From Lachnospiraceae bacterium (GTDB lineage: Bacteria; Bacillota; Clostridia; Lachnospirales; Lachnospiraceae): DNA of 64,000 nucleotides. Under the pieces are notes generated by a model. That model saw nothing but the letters and a program-made list of their open reading frames with translations. It ran no database searches and was not told where the DNA came from. Positions 38,985 through 46,940 of this stretch are shown one piece after another (positions within the stretch are counted from its first letter, which is position 1; each line of letters begins with the position of its first letter). The DNA is taken from contig JAEEYF010000089.1 in the NCBI GenBank assembly GCA_016291655.1, forward strand, positions 40,197 to 104,196. Direction: 5' to 3'. Position numbers and translations under genes: made by a program.

Positions 38985-39653
38985 TTGGAGGAACAAATGC
39001 CTAAATACAAAATTGCCGTTTTTGATATGGACGGCACTATTCTCAATACACTTGACGATATGACCGTAGCCTGCAACTACACCCTCGATCGCATGGGAAT
39101 GCCCCAAAGGACGATCGATGAGGTCAGGATGTTCGTGGGAAACGGTATTCCGAAGCTGGTGGAGCGCATAGCTCCCGCGGGCACGGATGCGGAGACTTTA
39201 AAGGAGATGCTGGACATCTTCATGCCCTTTTATTCGGCGCACAGCATGGACAAGACCGGTCCCTATGCGGGGATCCCCGAGCTTCTTAAGAGGCTTAAGG
39301 ACAACGGCATAAGGCTTGCCTGTGTTTCGAACAAGGCGGATGCGGCTATGCGAAAGCTATGCGATGTGTTCTTTACCGGGCTGTTTGATGATGCGGAGGG
39401 CGAGAGAGCCGGCGTCAACAAGAAGCCTGCCCCCGACATGGTGTGGGCGGCACTGGACAAGATGGGCGCGCGCAAAGAGGACGCTGTCTACATCGGAGAT
39501 TCTAACGTCGATTATGAGACGGCGGTTAATTCCGGGCTTGACTGCATATCCGTAACATGGGGCTTCAGAACAAGAGAATTCCTTGAAAAATTGGGTACAA
39601 AATGCATAGTTGATACACCCGATGAAGTTTTTGAAGTGATCATGGGCAGATGA
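38985..39653 (+). CDS. HAD-family hydrolase (phosphoglycolate phosphatase-like)
   Basis: Motif I FDMDGTILNT. Motif II and III residues present (SNK...GDSNVD). Confidence 0.85.
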   Translation: MEEQMPKYKIAVFDMDGTILNTLDDMTVACNYTLDRMGMPQRTIDEVRMFVGNGIPKLVERIAPAGTDAETLKEMLDIFMPFYSAHSMDKTGPYAGIPELLKRLKDNGIRLACVSNKADAAMRKLCDVFFTGLFDDAEGERAGVNKKPAPDMVWAALDKMGARKEDAVYIGDSNVDYETAVNSGLDCISVTWGFRTREFLEKLGTKCIVDTPDEVFEVIMGR

Positions 39654-39666
39654 GAGGGAGGAGAAA

Positions 39667-40191
39667 ATGCATCCTTTCAGACATTTCAGGACAATTACAA
39701 AACACAGACACCTGGTGATGAGATACTGTTTTAAGGCCGGCATAGGTTTTCAGGGCCTGTTTCACGATCTTTCAAAGTACTCTCCCATGGAATTCATACC
39801 CGGAGCGAAGTACTGGACCGGAAAACATTCGCCGATCAGGGATGAGAGGAACGATGTCGGTTACAGCCTTGCCTGGATGCATCACAAGGGTAGGAACAAG
39901 CACCACTATGAGTACTGGATGGATTCGGATCCCGTAACCAAGGAGCTGTCGCCGGTGCCTATGCCCGACAGATACATTAAGGAAATGTTCTGCGACAGGC
40001 TGGCAGCGACCAAGGTTTATCTGGGAAAGGCCTACAAAAAGGACGAGCCTCTCAAATACCAGCAGTGGGAGACCTCCTTCTGGAAGATACATCCGGACAC
40101 GGAGAAGAAACTGGTTTTCCTTCTTAACATGCTGGCGGAAAAAGGTGAAGAAGAAACATTTAAATACATAAAAAGCAGGCGGACATTGTGA
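39667..40191 (+). CDS. Hypothetical protein with an HD-like motif (DUF-type)
   Basis: 174 aa. HDLSKY and HHKGRNKHHYEYW motifs. No confident family assignment. Confidence 0.5.
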   Translation: MHPFRHFRTITKHRHLVMRYCFKAGIGFQGLFHDLSKYSPMEFIPGAKYWTGKHSPIRDERNDVGYSLAWMHHKGRNKHHYEYWMDSDPVTKELSPVPMPDRYIKEMFCDRLAATKVYLGKAYKKDEPLKYQQWETSFWKIHPDTEKKLVFLLNMLAEKGEEETFKYIKSRRTL

Positions 40192-40209
40192 TCCGCCTGT
40201 TTGATCGCT

Positions 40210-41244
40210 TCAGAAGCATTTCTTTCTGCCTGCGCCCTTGCATTCCGCAACTTTTTCGCACTTGTAGCAAACTTCGTTGGGAAGAACGTCTTCGCCCGCG
40301 AAGAAGCCTTGGATGTTGGAAAGCGTGGTATCTGCGATGGCTTCGAGGGCTTCTCTCGTGAGAAAAGCCTGATGCGAGGTCAGGATAACATTGGGCATTG
40401 AGAGAAGACGTGCGAGGATGTCATCCTGCAGGATATGCCCGGAACGGTCATCGAAGAAGAGATCCGACTCCTCCTCGTATACATCAAGGCACGCAGCTCC
40501 GATACGGCGGGATTTTATGCCCTCGAGCAAGTCCTCGGCATCGATCAGACCGCCGCGAGAGGTGTTGATGATCACAACTCCTTTTTTCATATGCCCGATG
40601 GAGTCTTTGTTGAGCATATGATGATTATCCTCGGTGAGAGGGCAGTGAAGGGAAACGATGTCACTCTGCCTTAAAACTTCGTCCTGTGAAAGAAATTCCA
40701 CTCCCGGAACCTCCGAAGGATACTTGTCGTAAGCGATCACGTGCATGCCGAAGCCGAGGCATATTTTTGCAAAGGCTTTTCCTATCTTGCCCATTCCTAC
40801 GATGCCCACGGTCTTATCGTGGAGATTGAAGCCTACCAGTCCGTTGATGCTGAAGTTGAATTCGCGGGTGCGGTTGTAGGCCTTGTGGATGCGTCTGACA
40901 GATGTCAGGAGCATGGCCATGGCGTGCTCGGCAACAGCTTCGGGGGAGTAGGCGGGTACACGTACAACATGGATCTTTTTGTAGGCCGCGCGGACATCAA
41001 CGTTATTGAATCCCGCACAGCGAAGAGCGATGAGCTTTACCCCGTACTCGTTCAGTTTGTCTATGACCTCTTTGGAAAGTTCGTCGTTAACGAACACTAT
41101 GACCGTATCAAAACCTCTTGCAAGCTCGACGGTTTTGGGGTCAAGCTTTGTGTCAAAGTAGGTGATATCTACGTCCCGGCCCTTGACCTTTTCAAAACTC
41201 TCCCTGTCATAAGGCTTTGTATCAAACATTGCAGCTTTTATCAT
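40210..41244 (-). CDS. ldhA: D-lactate dehydrogenase / D-isomer-specific 2-hydroxyacid dehydrogenase
   Basis: NAD-binding GxGxxG (GIVGMGKIG) and the catalytic R/E/H of the D-2-HAD family. Start re-picked at MIKAAMF with RBS AGGAGGG. A C-terminal Cys-containing tail (CYKCEKVAECKG). Confidence 0.85.
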   Translation of the reverse strand: MIKAAMFDTKPYDRESFEKVKGRDVDITYFDTKLDPKTVELARGFDTVIVFVNDELSKEVIDKLNEYGVKLIALRCAGFNNVDVRAAYKKIHVVRVPAYSPEAVAEHAMAMLLTSVRRIHKAYNRTREFNFSINGLVGFNLHDKTVGIVGMGKIGKAFAKICLGFGMHVIAYDKYPSEVPGVEFLSQDEVLRQSDIVSLHCPLTEDNHHMLNKDSIGHMKKGVVIINTSRGGLIDAEDLLEGIKSRRIGAACLDVYEEESDLFFDDRSGHILQDDILARLLSMPNVILTSHQAFLTREALEAIADTTLSNIQGFFAGEDVLPNEVCYKCEKVAECKGAGRKKCF

Positions 41245-41412
41245 AATCAGCCCTCCTCGTATTATAAATTTAAGTAGTATTTTTAATAAGTTATGTTTCG
41301 GGGGTGTTGGAATCTTTGGAAACCCTTCTAACTTGTGAATAATATAACACACCTTCTCTAAAAGGGATGTTGTAAAAACAACGAAAATAAACGAAAATGT
41401 CAAAAAATACTG

Positions 41413-41440
41413 TTGACAAAGAGTAGTCTTTTATTATAAT
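41413..41440 (+). promoter_or_regulatory. Near-consensus sigma-70 promoter (TTGACA, 16-nt spacer, TATAAT)
   Basis: TTGACA at 41413-41418 and TATAAT at 41435-41440, upstream of the small histone-like gene. Confidence 0.5.
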
Positions 41441-41523
41441 GAACTAAAGTGTTATTGTGCTACAAAAATATCACATTTATTTGCAGAATTAAACAGATTT
41501 TAGTAAAAAGAAGGAGAATTATT

Positions 41524-41886
41524 ATGGCAGATAAGAAGATTACAACAGAGACAGAAGTTAAAAAGACAGTTGCCAAGAAGACAACAGCTAAAAAGCCGGC
41601 AGCAAAAAAGACTGAAGTAAAAGATACAGTAACCCAAGAAGCAGCAGTAGCAGCACCTAAGGCAGCAAAGTCGGCAGCTAAGGACATTAAGACCAAGATC
41701 GCCGTTCAGTTCGGCGGAAAGGGCTATGAAACGGAAGATTTCGTAAAGATGGCCAAGGACGTATGGAAATTCGATCTTAAGAGAGAAGTTGCGGATCTCA
41801 AGCAGATCGATCTCTATGTTAAACCCGAAGAGAGCAAGGTTTACTATGTATTTAACGGCAGTGAGCTCGGCTCCTTCGACATCTGA
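41524..41886 (+). CDS. Small protein with a histone-H1-like Lys/Ala-rich N-terminus and a conserved C-terminal domain
   Basis: MADKKITTETEVKKTVAKKTTAKKPAAKK... RBS AAGGAGA before the ATG at 41524. A strong terminator follows at 41899-41932. Confidence 0.6.
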   Translation: MADKKITTETEVKKTVAKKTTAKKPAAKKTEVKDTVTQEAAVAAPKAAKSAAKDIKTKIAVQFGGKGYETEDFVKMAKDVWKFDLKREVADLKQIDLYVKPEESKVYYVFNGSELGSFDI

Positions 41887-41898
41887 TCAAAAAAACAT

Positions 41899-41932
41899 CG
41901 CCTCGCGATAATTGCGAGGCGAATTTTTTTGT
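41899..41932 (+). terminator. Intrinsic terminator
   Basis: cgcctcgcgataattgcgaggcg followed by aattttttt. Confidence 0.8.
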
Positions 41933-41943
41933 TGTGTACACTA

Positions 41944-42876
41944 TCAGAACTTTTTGTCGACATGGATATCCATCTGATTGAAGGGGATCTCAATTCCGTT
42001 TTCGTTGAAGATGTTATTGATGGATTCCTGCAAGCGCCATTTGGTGTTCCAGTAGTCGGGGGAGTTTACCCAGACTCTGAAGCCCACATTTAAAGAGCTG
42101 TCCGCAAATTCGGAAAGGAAGATCACGGGTTCCTTATCCTTTAGAATGGCCTCATCGTTTTCATAAACCTTTGTAAGTATGCTCTTGACCAGAGCTATGT
42201 CTGTTCCGTAAGCAACGGGAAGCAGAAGATCGAGTCTTCTTTCGGGCTCATGGGAAACATTGGTTATGGTGCTGTTTGATAAAGTGCCGTTGGGAACAAC
42301 GATCATCTTGTTGTCGGGAGTTTTCAGGGTTGTGTAGAAAATGTCGATCGAATCGACGGTACCTTCAACTCCGCAGCTTACAATGTAATCACCTACCACA
42401 TAGGGTTTCAATACAAGGATCAGAACGCCTCCGGCAAAGTTTGAAAGTGAGCCCTGCAGAGCAAGACCGATGGTAAGACCGACAGAACCGAGCACCGCTA
42501 CTATGGTGGTTGTGGCTATTCCGAAGATCTCAAAGATCGCAAATACCGTCAAGGCATAGAGTCCGATCTTGATCAGGGATAGAAGAAAGCTTTCAACACC
42601 TTTCTCGAATTTTGTTTTGTCCATTGCTTTTTTTGCAACATTTACAATAAGGTTTATCAGCTTGCGACAAACTATGTATATGATTATTGCAAAGACTACC
42701 TTCAGAAGTCCCGGCGCAACAACATTGATCAGAAAGTCCTGAAGATTGATCAGCCCTGTTTTTGCGTAATTTGCAATGTCCTCACCCATGTCCGCAAGGT
42801 CCGGAAGCGGTGTGGGGGAAGGAGTGGCAGTGGACTCGGCAGCCGCATAAAAAAAGGGGTTTGGAAAGAAATTCAC
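41944..42876 (-). CDS. mscS: Small-conductance mechanosensitive channel (MscS family)
   Basis: TM3 pore helix (IGLALQGSLSNFAGGVLIL), a beta-domain and a C-terminal cage. Confidence 0.85.
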   Translation of the reverse strand: MNFFPNPFFYAAAESTATPSPTPLPDLADMGEDIANYAKTGLINLQDFLINVVAPGLLKVVFAIIIYIVCRKLINLIVNVAKKAMDKTKFEKGVESFLLSLIKIGLYALTVFAIFEIFGIATTTIVAVLGSVGLTIGLALQGSLSNFAGGVLILVLKPYVVGDYIVSCGVEGTVDSIDIFYTTLKTPDNKMIVVPNGTLSNSTITNVSHEPERRLDLLLPVAYGTDIALVKSILTKVYENDEAILKDKEPVIFLSEFADSSLNVGFRVWVNSPDYWNTKWRLQESINNIFNENGIEIPFNQMDIHVDKKF

Positions 42877-42999
42877 TTTTAATCCTCCTTATTCTAAATC
42901 TTGTTAATTATTGATTATATCACATAAAGTACATCAAAGGTTGACTTTTTATATGCACTGATGTATTTTACAGGGGAAATGTTGTTTTTGCAACAAAAA

Positions 43000-43023
43000 A
43001 TGACACCACAACCCCGTCCCCGG
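43000..43023. repeat. REP/MITE-family half-site, copy 3 (tgacaccacaaccccgtccccggg)
   Basis: Single arm of the dispersed repeat, upstream of the Crp/Fnr gene. It would lie inside the spurious N-terminal extension of the ORF-track call at 42961. Confidence 0.6.
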
Positions 43024-43041
43024 GTATCAAGGAGAAAGACC

Positions 43042-43752
43042 ATGGAAAGAAAATGTTACAGTGAAGCCGCAAAGTGCCTGAATGTCGATGATATGCTGGC
43101 AGGCTGCGTGTTGTTCAAAGGGATCAAAAAAGAAGAGATCAATCCGCTGATGAGTTGCATGGGCGGGCAGGTGCTTCATTACAAAAAAGGAGAGTACCTG
43201 ATCCGGGCAGGCGAACGGATCAAAAGCGCAAGCATATTGCTGAGAGGCAGAGTGATAGTGGAACAGGTGGACTACTGGGGAAACCGCGACATTCTGCAGG
43301 AGATCCATCCGGGAGAGCTGTTTGCGGTAAACTATGCGATCCCCGAGGGAGAAGTTGTACCCTCGAATGTGGTGGCTCTTGAGGATTCCTGCGTATTGGA
43401 AATGGATGCGGACAGGCTTGTAAAGGTTTGCGACAGAGGCTGCAATTGTCACAACAGCGTGAAGGATAATCTGATCCTGATGCTATCATCGAGAAACAGT
43501 GCGCTTACGCGCAAACTTCGCCATGTTTCAAAACGTTCCACAAGGGAAAAACTGATCTCCTACCTTACCGAGGCCTCTGTAGCTGCGGGGAAAAAGGAGT
43601 TTGACATACATCTGGACAGACAGCAGCTGGCAGATTATCTTGCCGTGGACAGGAGCGCCATGAGTTCCGAATTGTCCAGGATGAAAAATGAGGGCATGCT
43701 GGATTACAGGAAAAATCATTTTATTTTGCATGTAAGGTCGGAGCAGTTGTGA
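43042..43752 (+). CDS. Crp/Fnr-family transcriptional regulator
   Basis: cNMP-binding domain plus a C-terminal HTH (REKLISYL...LADYLAVDRSAMSSELSRMKNEG). RBS AAGGAGA before the ATG at 43042. Confidence 0.8.
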   Translation: MERKCYSEAAKCLNVDDMLAGCVLFKGIKKEEINPLMSCMGGQVLHYKKGEYLIRAGERIKSASILLRGRVIVEQVDYWGNRDILQEIHPGELFAVNYAIPEGEVVPSNVVALEDSCVLEMDADRLVKVCDRGCNCHNSVKDNLILMLSSRNSALTRKLRHVSKRSTREKLISYLTEASVAAGKKEFDIHLDRQQLADYLAVDRSAMSSELSRMKNEGMLDYRKNHFILHVRSEQL

Positions 43753-44636
43753 TGGACAGGAAACCTAAGTATCGTTCCCTTGACTCTGAAATGAAAAAGC
43801 GTTTCGGCACCAAGGTATACAAGATATCACTGGATGCGGGCTGTACCTGCCCCAACAGAGACGGAAAGTGCGGCACGGGAGGGTGCATATTCTGTGCCGA
43901 CGAGGCATATGCCTGCTTTGACCTTCCGATAGCGGAGCAGCTGAAGGCCGCGAAGGCCAAGGTTGCGGCCAAGATAAAGGGAGAAGGCAGGTATATAGCC
44001 TACTTTCAGTCCCATACCAACACCTACGGAGATCTGAACCGCCTGGAAAGGCTGTTCACGGAAGCGATTGCAGATCCTGAGGTTGTGGTGCTGTCCATAG
44101 GCACCAGACCGGATTGCATAGACGATAAGGTGATCGCCATGCTGAAGCGTTTGCAAAAGATCAAACCCGTATGGATCGAACTGGGGCTGCAGACAATACA
44201 TGAGAGAACCGCGGAGCTCATCAATCGTGGCTACAGACTCGAAGTGTTTGAGAAAGCATATGCCTGCCTGAAAGCTGCCGGGATAGAAGTCATCGCGCAT
44301 GTGATCATAGGTCTTCCGGGGGAGAGTAAGGAGGATGTGACGGAAACGGTAAGATACCTTGCGGGGCTCAAACCGACGCTGGACGGCATTAAGCTGCAGC
44401 TTCTGCACGTGCTGAAGGGGACTGCGCTTTATGACATGTATATGAAGGATCCGAAGATCATCCATGAATTTGAACTTGAGGAGTATGTGGAGTTTGTGAC
44501 GGGGCTCGTGAAGCTTTTGCCGGAGACTACCGTGGTACACAGGCTGACGGGAGACGGACCGAGGAAACTTCTTGTGACTCCGATGTGGACAACCGACAAG
44601 AAAAGGGTGCTCAATTCATTTCAAAAGTCCTTGTAG
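43749..44636 (+). CDS. Radical SAM protein, TIGR01212 family
   Basis: Cys-rich N-terminal (CTCPNRDGKCGTGGCIFC) and elongator/MiaB-like TIM-barrel motifs. Overlaps the Crp gene by 4 nt. Confidence 0.75.
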   Translation: MMDRKPKYRSLDSEMKKRFGTKVYKISLDAGCTCPNRDGKCGTGGCIFCADEAYACFDLPIAEQLKAAKAKVAAKIKGEGRYIAYFQSHTNTYGDLNRLERLFTEAIADPEVVVLSIGTRPDCIDDKVIAMLKRLQKIKPVWIELGLQTIHERTAELINRGYRLEVFEKAYACLKAAGIEVIAHVIIGLPGESKEDVTETVRYLAGLKPTLDGIKLQLLHVLKGTALYDMYMKDPKIIHEFELEEYVEFVTGLVKLLPETTVVHRLTGDGPRKLLVTPMWTTDKKRVLNSFQKSL

Positions 44637-44728
44637 ACAAGAAAAAAAAGCGGTGATATAATCCAAGCAGATTAGGTGATAAGCCTGTTAACAACAGACT
44701 CTCTTGCCAAATTACGGAGGTAGATATT

Positions 44729-44911
44729 ATGAATAACAGTAAAAGTAATCGCCAAGCCGGGTTCGAAGCGATGGCAAGAGGCAATAAAAAAGCGAATGCC
44801 AATCCTGCAATGAACGGCGGTAAAGGTAATGCTAAGGTGAACAGCGGAGCCGTAAACACCAATGTCAAGGGTGGACAGGCGATGCGTCGTCAGGGACAGC
44901 GCGGTCAATAA
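44729..44911 (+). CDS. Small N/G/K/A-rich protein (60 aa), SASP-like low complexity
   Basis: RBS ACGGAGG before the ATG. A strong terminator follows at 44924-44956. The sequence is MNNSKSNRQAGFEAMARGNKKANANPAMNGGKGNAKVN... Confidence 0.5.
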   Translation: MNNSKSNRQAGFEAMARGNKKANANPAMNGGKGNAKVNSGAVNTNVKGGQAMRRQGQRGQ

Positions 44912-44923
44912 AACGTAAAGTTG

Positions 44924-44956
44924 AGAGGTTCAATCTTCGAACCTCCCTTTTTTTGA
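44924..44956 (+). terminator. Intrinsic terminator
   Basis: gagaggttcaatcttcgaacctc followed by cctttttttt. Confidence 0.8.
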
Positions 44957-44992
44957 TGTACTTTTCGTGATATAATAAGACGATCAACCAAG

Positions 44993-45574
44993 ATGAAGGG
45001 AGACATTATGAACGGGCTTAAAGGTCTTGCATCGTTTATTTCGGAGAAGGACAATATCATCATATTCGTATTCGCCGGCATAAACATCTGCATATTTATT
45101 GCATCGCTCATTATCAGGGCAATCGGAAATTCGATCCGCTATCCGAAGGGAGAACTGATCACGGGAACCGGCGCCAGAGTGCAGGTTTCAAGAAAGACCG
45201 GTAAGGATCTGAGAGGTATAGGACGAACACTTCTCGTACTTTACCAGATATATGCAAATTTAACCGCGGTATTCCCGCTTTTGGGTATCATGGGTACGGT
45301 AGCGGCGCTGATCACCGTGGCGGAATCAAGCGATCTGATGGCTAACCTCATGGTGGCTCTTACCACCACGCTGAACGGCGTTATCTGGGCGATCATCTTC
45401 AAGTGCCTGGATGCGGTGCTCTCGGCACCCCTCGATTCCTTCCTCGGAGTGGTGGATTCGGTTGAGAATCTGCTGGAGGAAGCGGGAAAGGGCGACATAG
45501 AAATAATTGACGATAATGCAAAGGTTGTTTCACCGGTAGCAGGAGAGAAGCATGAAGAAGAGACGAACGCGTGA
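44993..45574 (+). CDS. MotA/TolQ/ExbB-family proton-channel protein (short, 193 aa)
   Basis: Conserved C-terminal TM pair: AVFPLLGIMGTVAALI (compare ExbB APxLGLLGTVxG) and LMVALTTTLNGVIWAIIF (compare ExbB ALiTTAxGLxVAIP). Confidence 0.75.
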   Translation: MKGDIMNGLKGLASFISEKDNIIIFVFAGINICIFIASLIIRAIGNSIRYPKGELITGTGARVQVSRKTGKDLRGIGRTLLVLYQIYANLTAVFPLLGIMGTVAALITVAESSDLMANLMVALTTTLNGVIWAIIFKCLDAVLSAPLDSFLGVVDSVENLLEEAGKGDIEIIDDNAKVVSPVAGEKHEEETNA

Positions 45575-46382
45575 CATTGTCATAGAGCTCACTTCGCTTC
45601 TGGACGTGGTAATGATCCTTATCTTTGCGGTAATGATCGAGAACAGTAAGATGGTGAAGGCTTCCGAAGCTGAGGCGGCAGCGGCCAATGAAGCCGTTCT
45701 GGAAATGCGGAACGAACTCAATGAGACCGTTCTGGAAATGCAGAACGAGCTCAAAGAGACTGAGGAAGAGATGCAGAACAGGCTCGATGAGGCCGAGGCT
45801 GAGAAAAGCCGTATCACCGATGAATTTCTCGGGCAGTTGAAGGACAAGGACAAAGAAATAAAAGAGGCTGAAGAAAAGCTGGGAAAGAGTGATGAAGAGC
45901 TTGCCATCGCAAAGCGTAAGCTTGCGGAGGGCGAGGTCGACGAGCTGCTCAACAGGATAGCGAATGCGGAGCGGAAGCTTGAAGGCTATGAGTACCTGAG
46001 CAAAATGGTCGCGGTGTACAATGTAGGTGTGGAAAGCATATATGCCGTTGACGATCCGGACAACGAATTGTATCGTATCCTTACATTCGGAAAGGCCGGA
46101 ACATCCGATGAGGACAGGCTGTTTGAATTCAGGAACAAGGCGGAAAGATCCGAGGGCATAGGGCATATGAATACCTACCTCACAAGTAAGCTTGACGAGG
46201 TTTTGAAGGATGAGACCGCAGTTGCATTCGTAATATTCACCTACCATACGATAAATTCCAGAGGCTTGGACAGAGTGGCTGTGGAAGAGGCCCTCAACGA
46301 GCTTGTGGATAAATATACCGGAACGGGCTTACGTTATTCGGTAAATATAATAGATGATGAAGATAAAACGGAGGATCGATAA
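45552..46382 (+). CDS. TolR/ExbD-like protein with a long coiled coil and a C-terminal globular domain
   Basis: N-terminus KKRRTRDIVIELTSLLDVVMILIFAVMI matches the ExbD/TolR TM, including the conserved Asp. A roughly 100-aa E/K-rich coiled coil with an internal tandem repeat (ETVLEM(R/Q)NEL). A roughly 140-aa C-terminal domain unlike an OmpA/PG-binding domain. Overlaps the MotA-like gene. Confidence 0.7.
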   Translation: MKKRRTRDIVIELTSLLDVVMILIFAVMIENSKMVKASEAEAAAANEAVLEMRNELNETVLEMQNELKETEEEMQNRLDEAEAEKSRITDEFLGQLKDKDKEIKEAEEKLGKSDEELAIAKRKLAEGEVDELLNRIANAERKLEGYEYLSKMVAVYNVGVESIYAVDDPDNELYRILTFGKAGTSDEDRLFEFRNKAERSEGIGHMNTYLTSKLDEVLKDETAVAFVIFTYHTINSRGLDRVAVEEALNELVDKYTGTGLRYSVNIIDDEDKTEDR

Positions 46383-46901
46383 ATGAAGAAGCTTTTTAAA
46401 TTTTTGTTTTTTGTGACTGTACTTACGGTAGTGTTCCTGTTGGGAACCATCTTCGGCGGTGACAAGTGGGGAATCGGCAAGGGCATCGGTCTTGTGGATG
46501 AAAACGGAGATGTAACAAAGGATTCCGTATCTCAGTTTGTGGATAACACAAAGGAGAATGTTATCGATGGGACCGAAAAGGTGAAGGATACCATTAACGA
46601 CAAGAAGGAAGCAATAAACAACACCATTAACACTCCGGCACCGACACCTCATCCCTACGTATCCGCCAAAGAGATCATGATCACCGCGGGAAAGGACAAT
46701 TACAGCATCTATTCGGAGCCGTGCGATACTCTTGAGGAGCTGGAAAACAAGATCCTTGAGGTTAATGCTGTGAACAAGGATGTAGTTTATGTTGTGGACT
46801 TTACCATCGCGTCCGATAAGACAATGAACAAGCTTAAGGAAGTCATTGAAAGGCAGATAAAGGCTAACGGCATAAAGGTCAGATACACTGAAGAGAAATA
46901 G
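46383..46901 (+). CDS. Membrane-anchored extracytoplasmic protein (N-terminal TM, short Pro-rich TPAPTPHP segment, C-terminal domain); possible TonB/TolA-like partner
   Basis: Start codon abuts the previous stop. N-terminal TM FKFLFFVTVLTVVFLLGTIFGG. Third gene of the stator-like operon; a terminator follows. Confidence 0.55.
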   Translation: MKKLFKFLFFVTVLTVVFLLGTIFGGDKWGIGKGIGLVDENGDVTKDSVSQFVDNTKENVIDGTEKVKDTINDKKEAINNTINTPAPTPHPYVSAKEIMITAGKDNYSIYSEPCDTLEELENKILEVNAVNKDVVYVVDFTIASDKTMNKLKEVIERQIKANGIKVRYTEEK

Positions 46902-46911
46902 ACGGGCATAT

Positions 46912-46940
46912 AAAAAAAGGCGTTTTATACGCCCTTTTTT
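46912..46940. terminator. Bidirectional intrinsic terminator
   Basis: aaaaaaaggcgttttatacgccctttttt. Confidence 0.8.

Noticed and set aside
42961-43041. N-terminal extension of the Crp/Fnr regulator as given in the ORF track
   Set aside because: The extension would translate through a REP/MITE repeat copy. The ATG at 43042 has a good RBS (AAGGAGA).
45399-46247. 282-aa minus-strand ORF
   Set aside because: It is the mirror-image reading of the E/K-rich coiled-coil region of the ExbD-like gene (a Leu/Phe-rich artefact).
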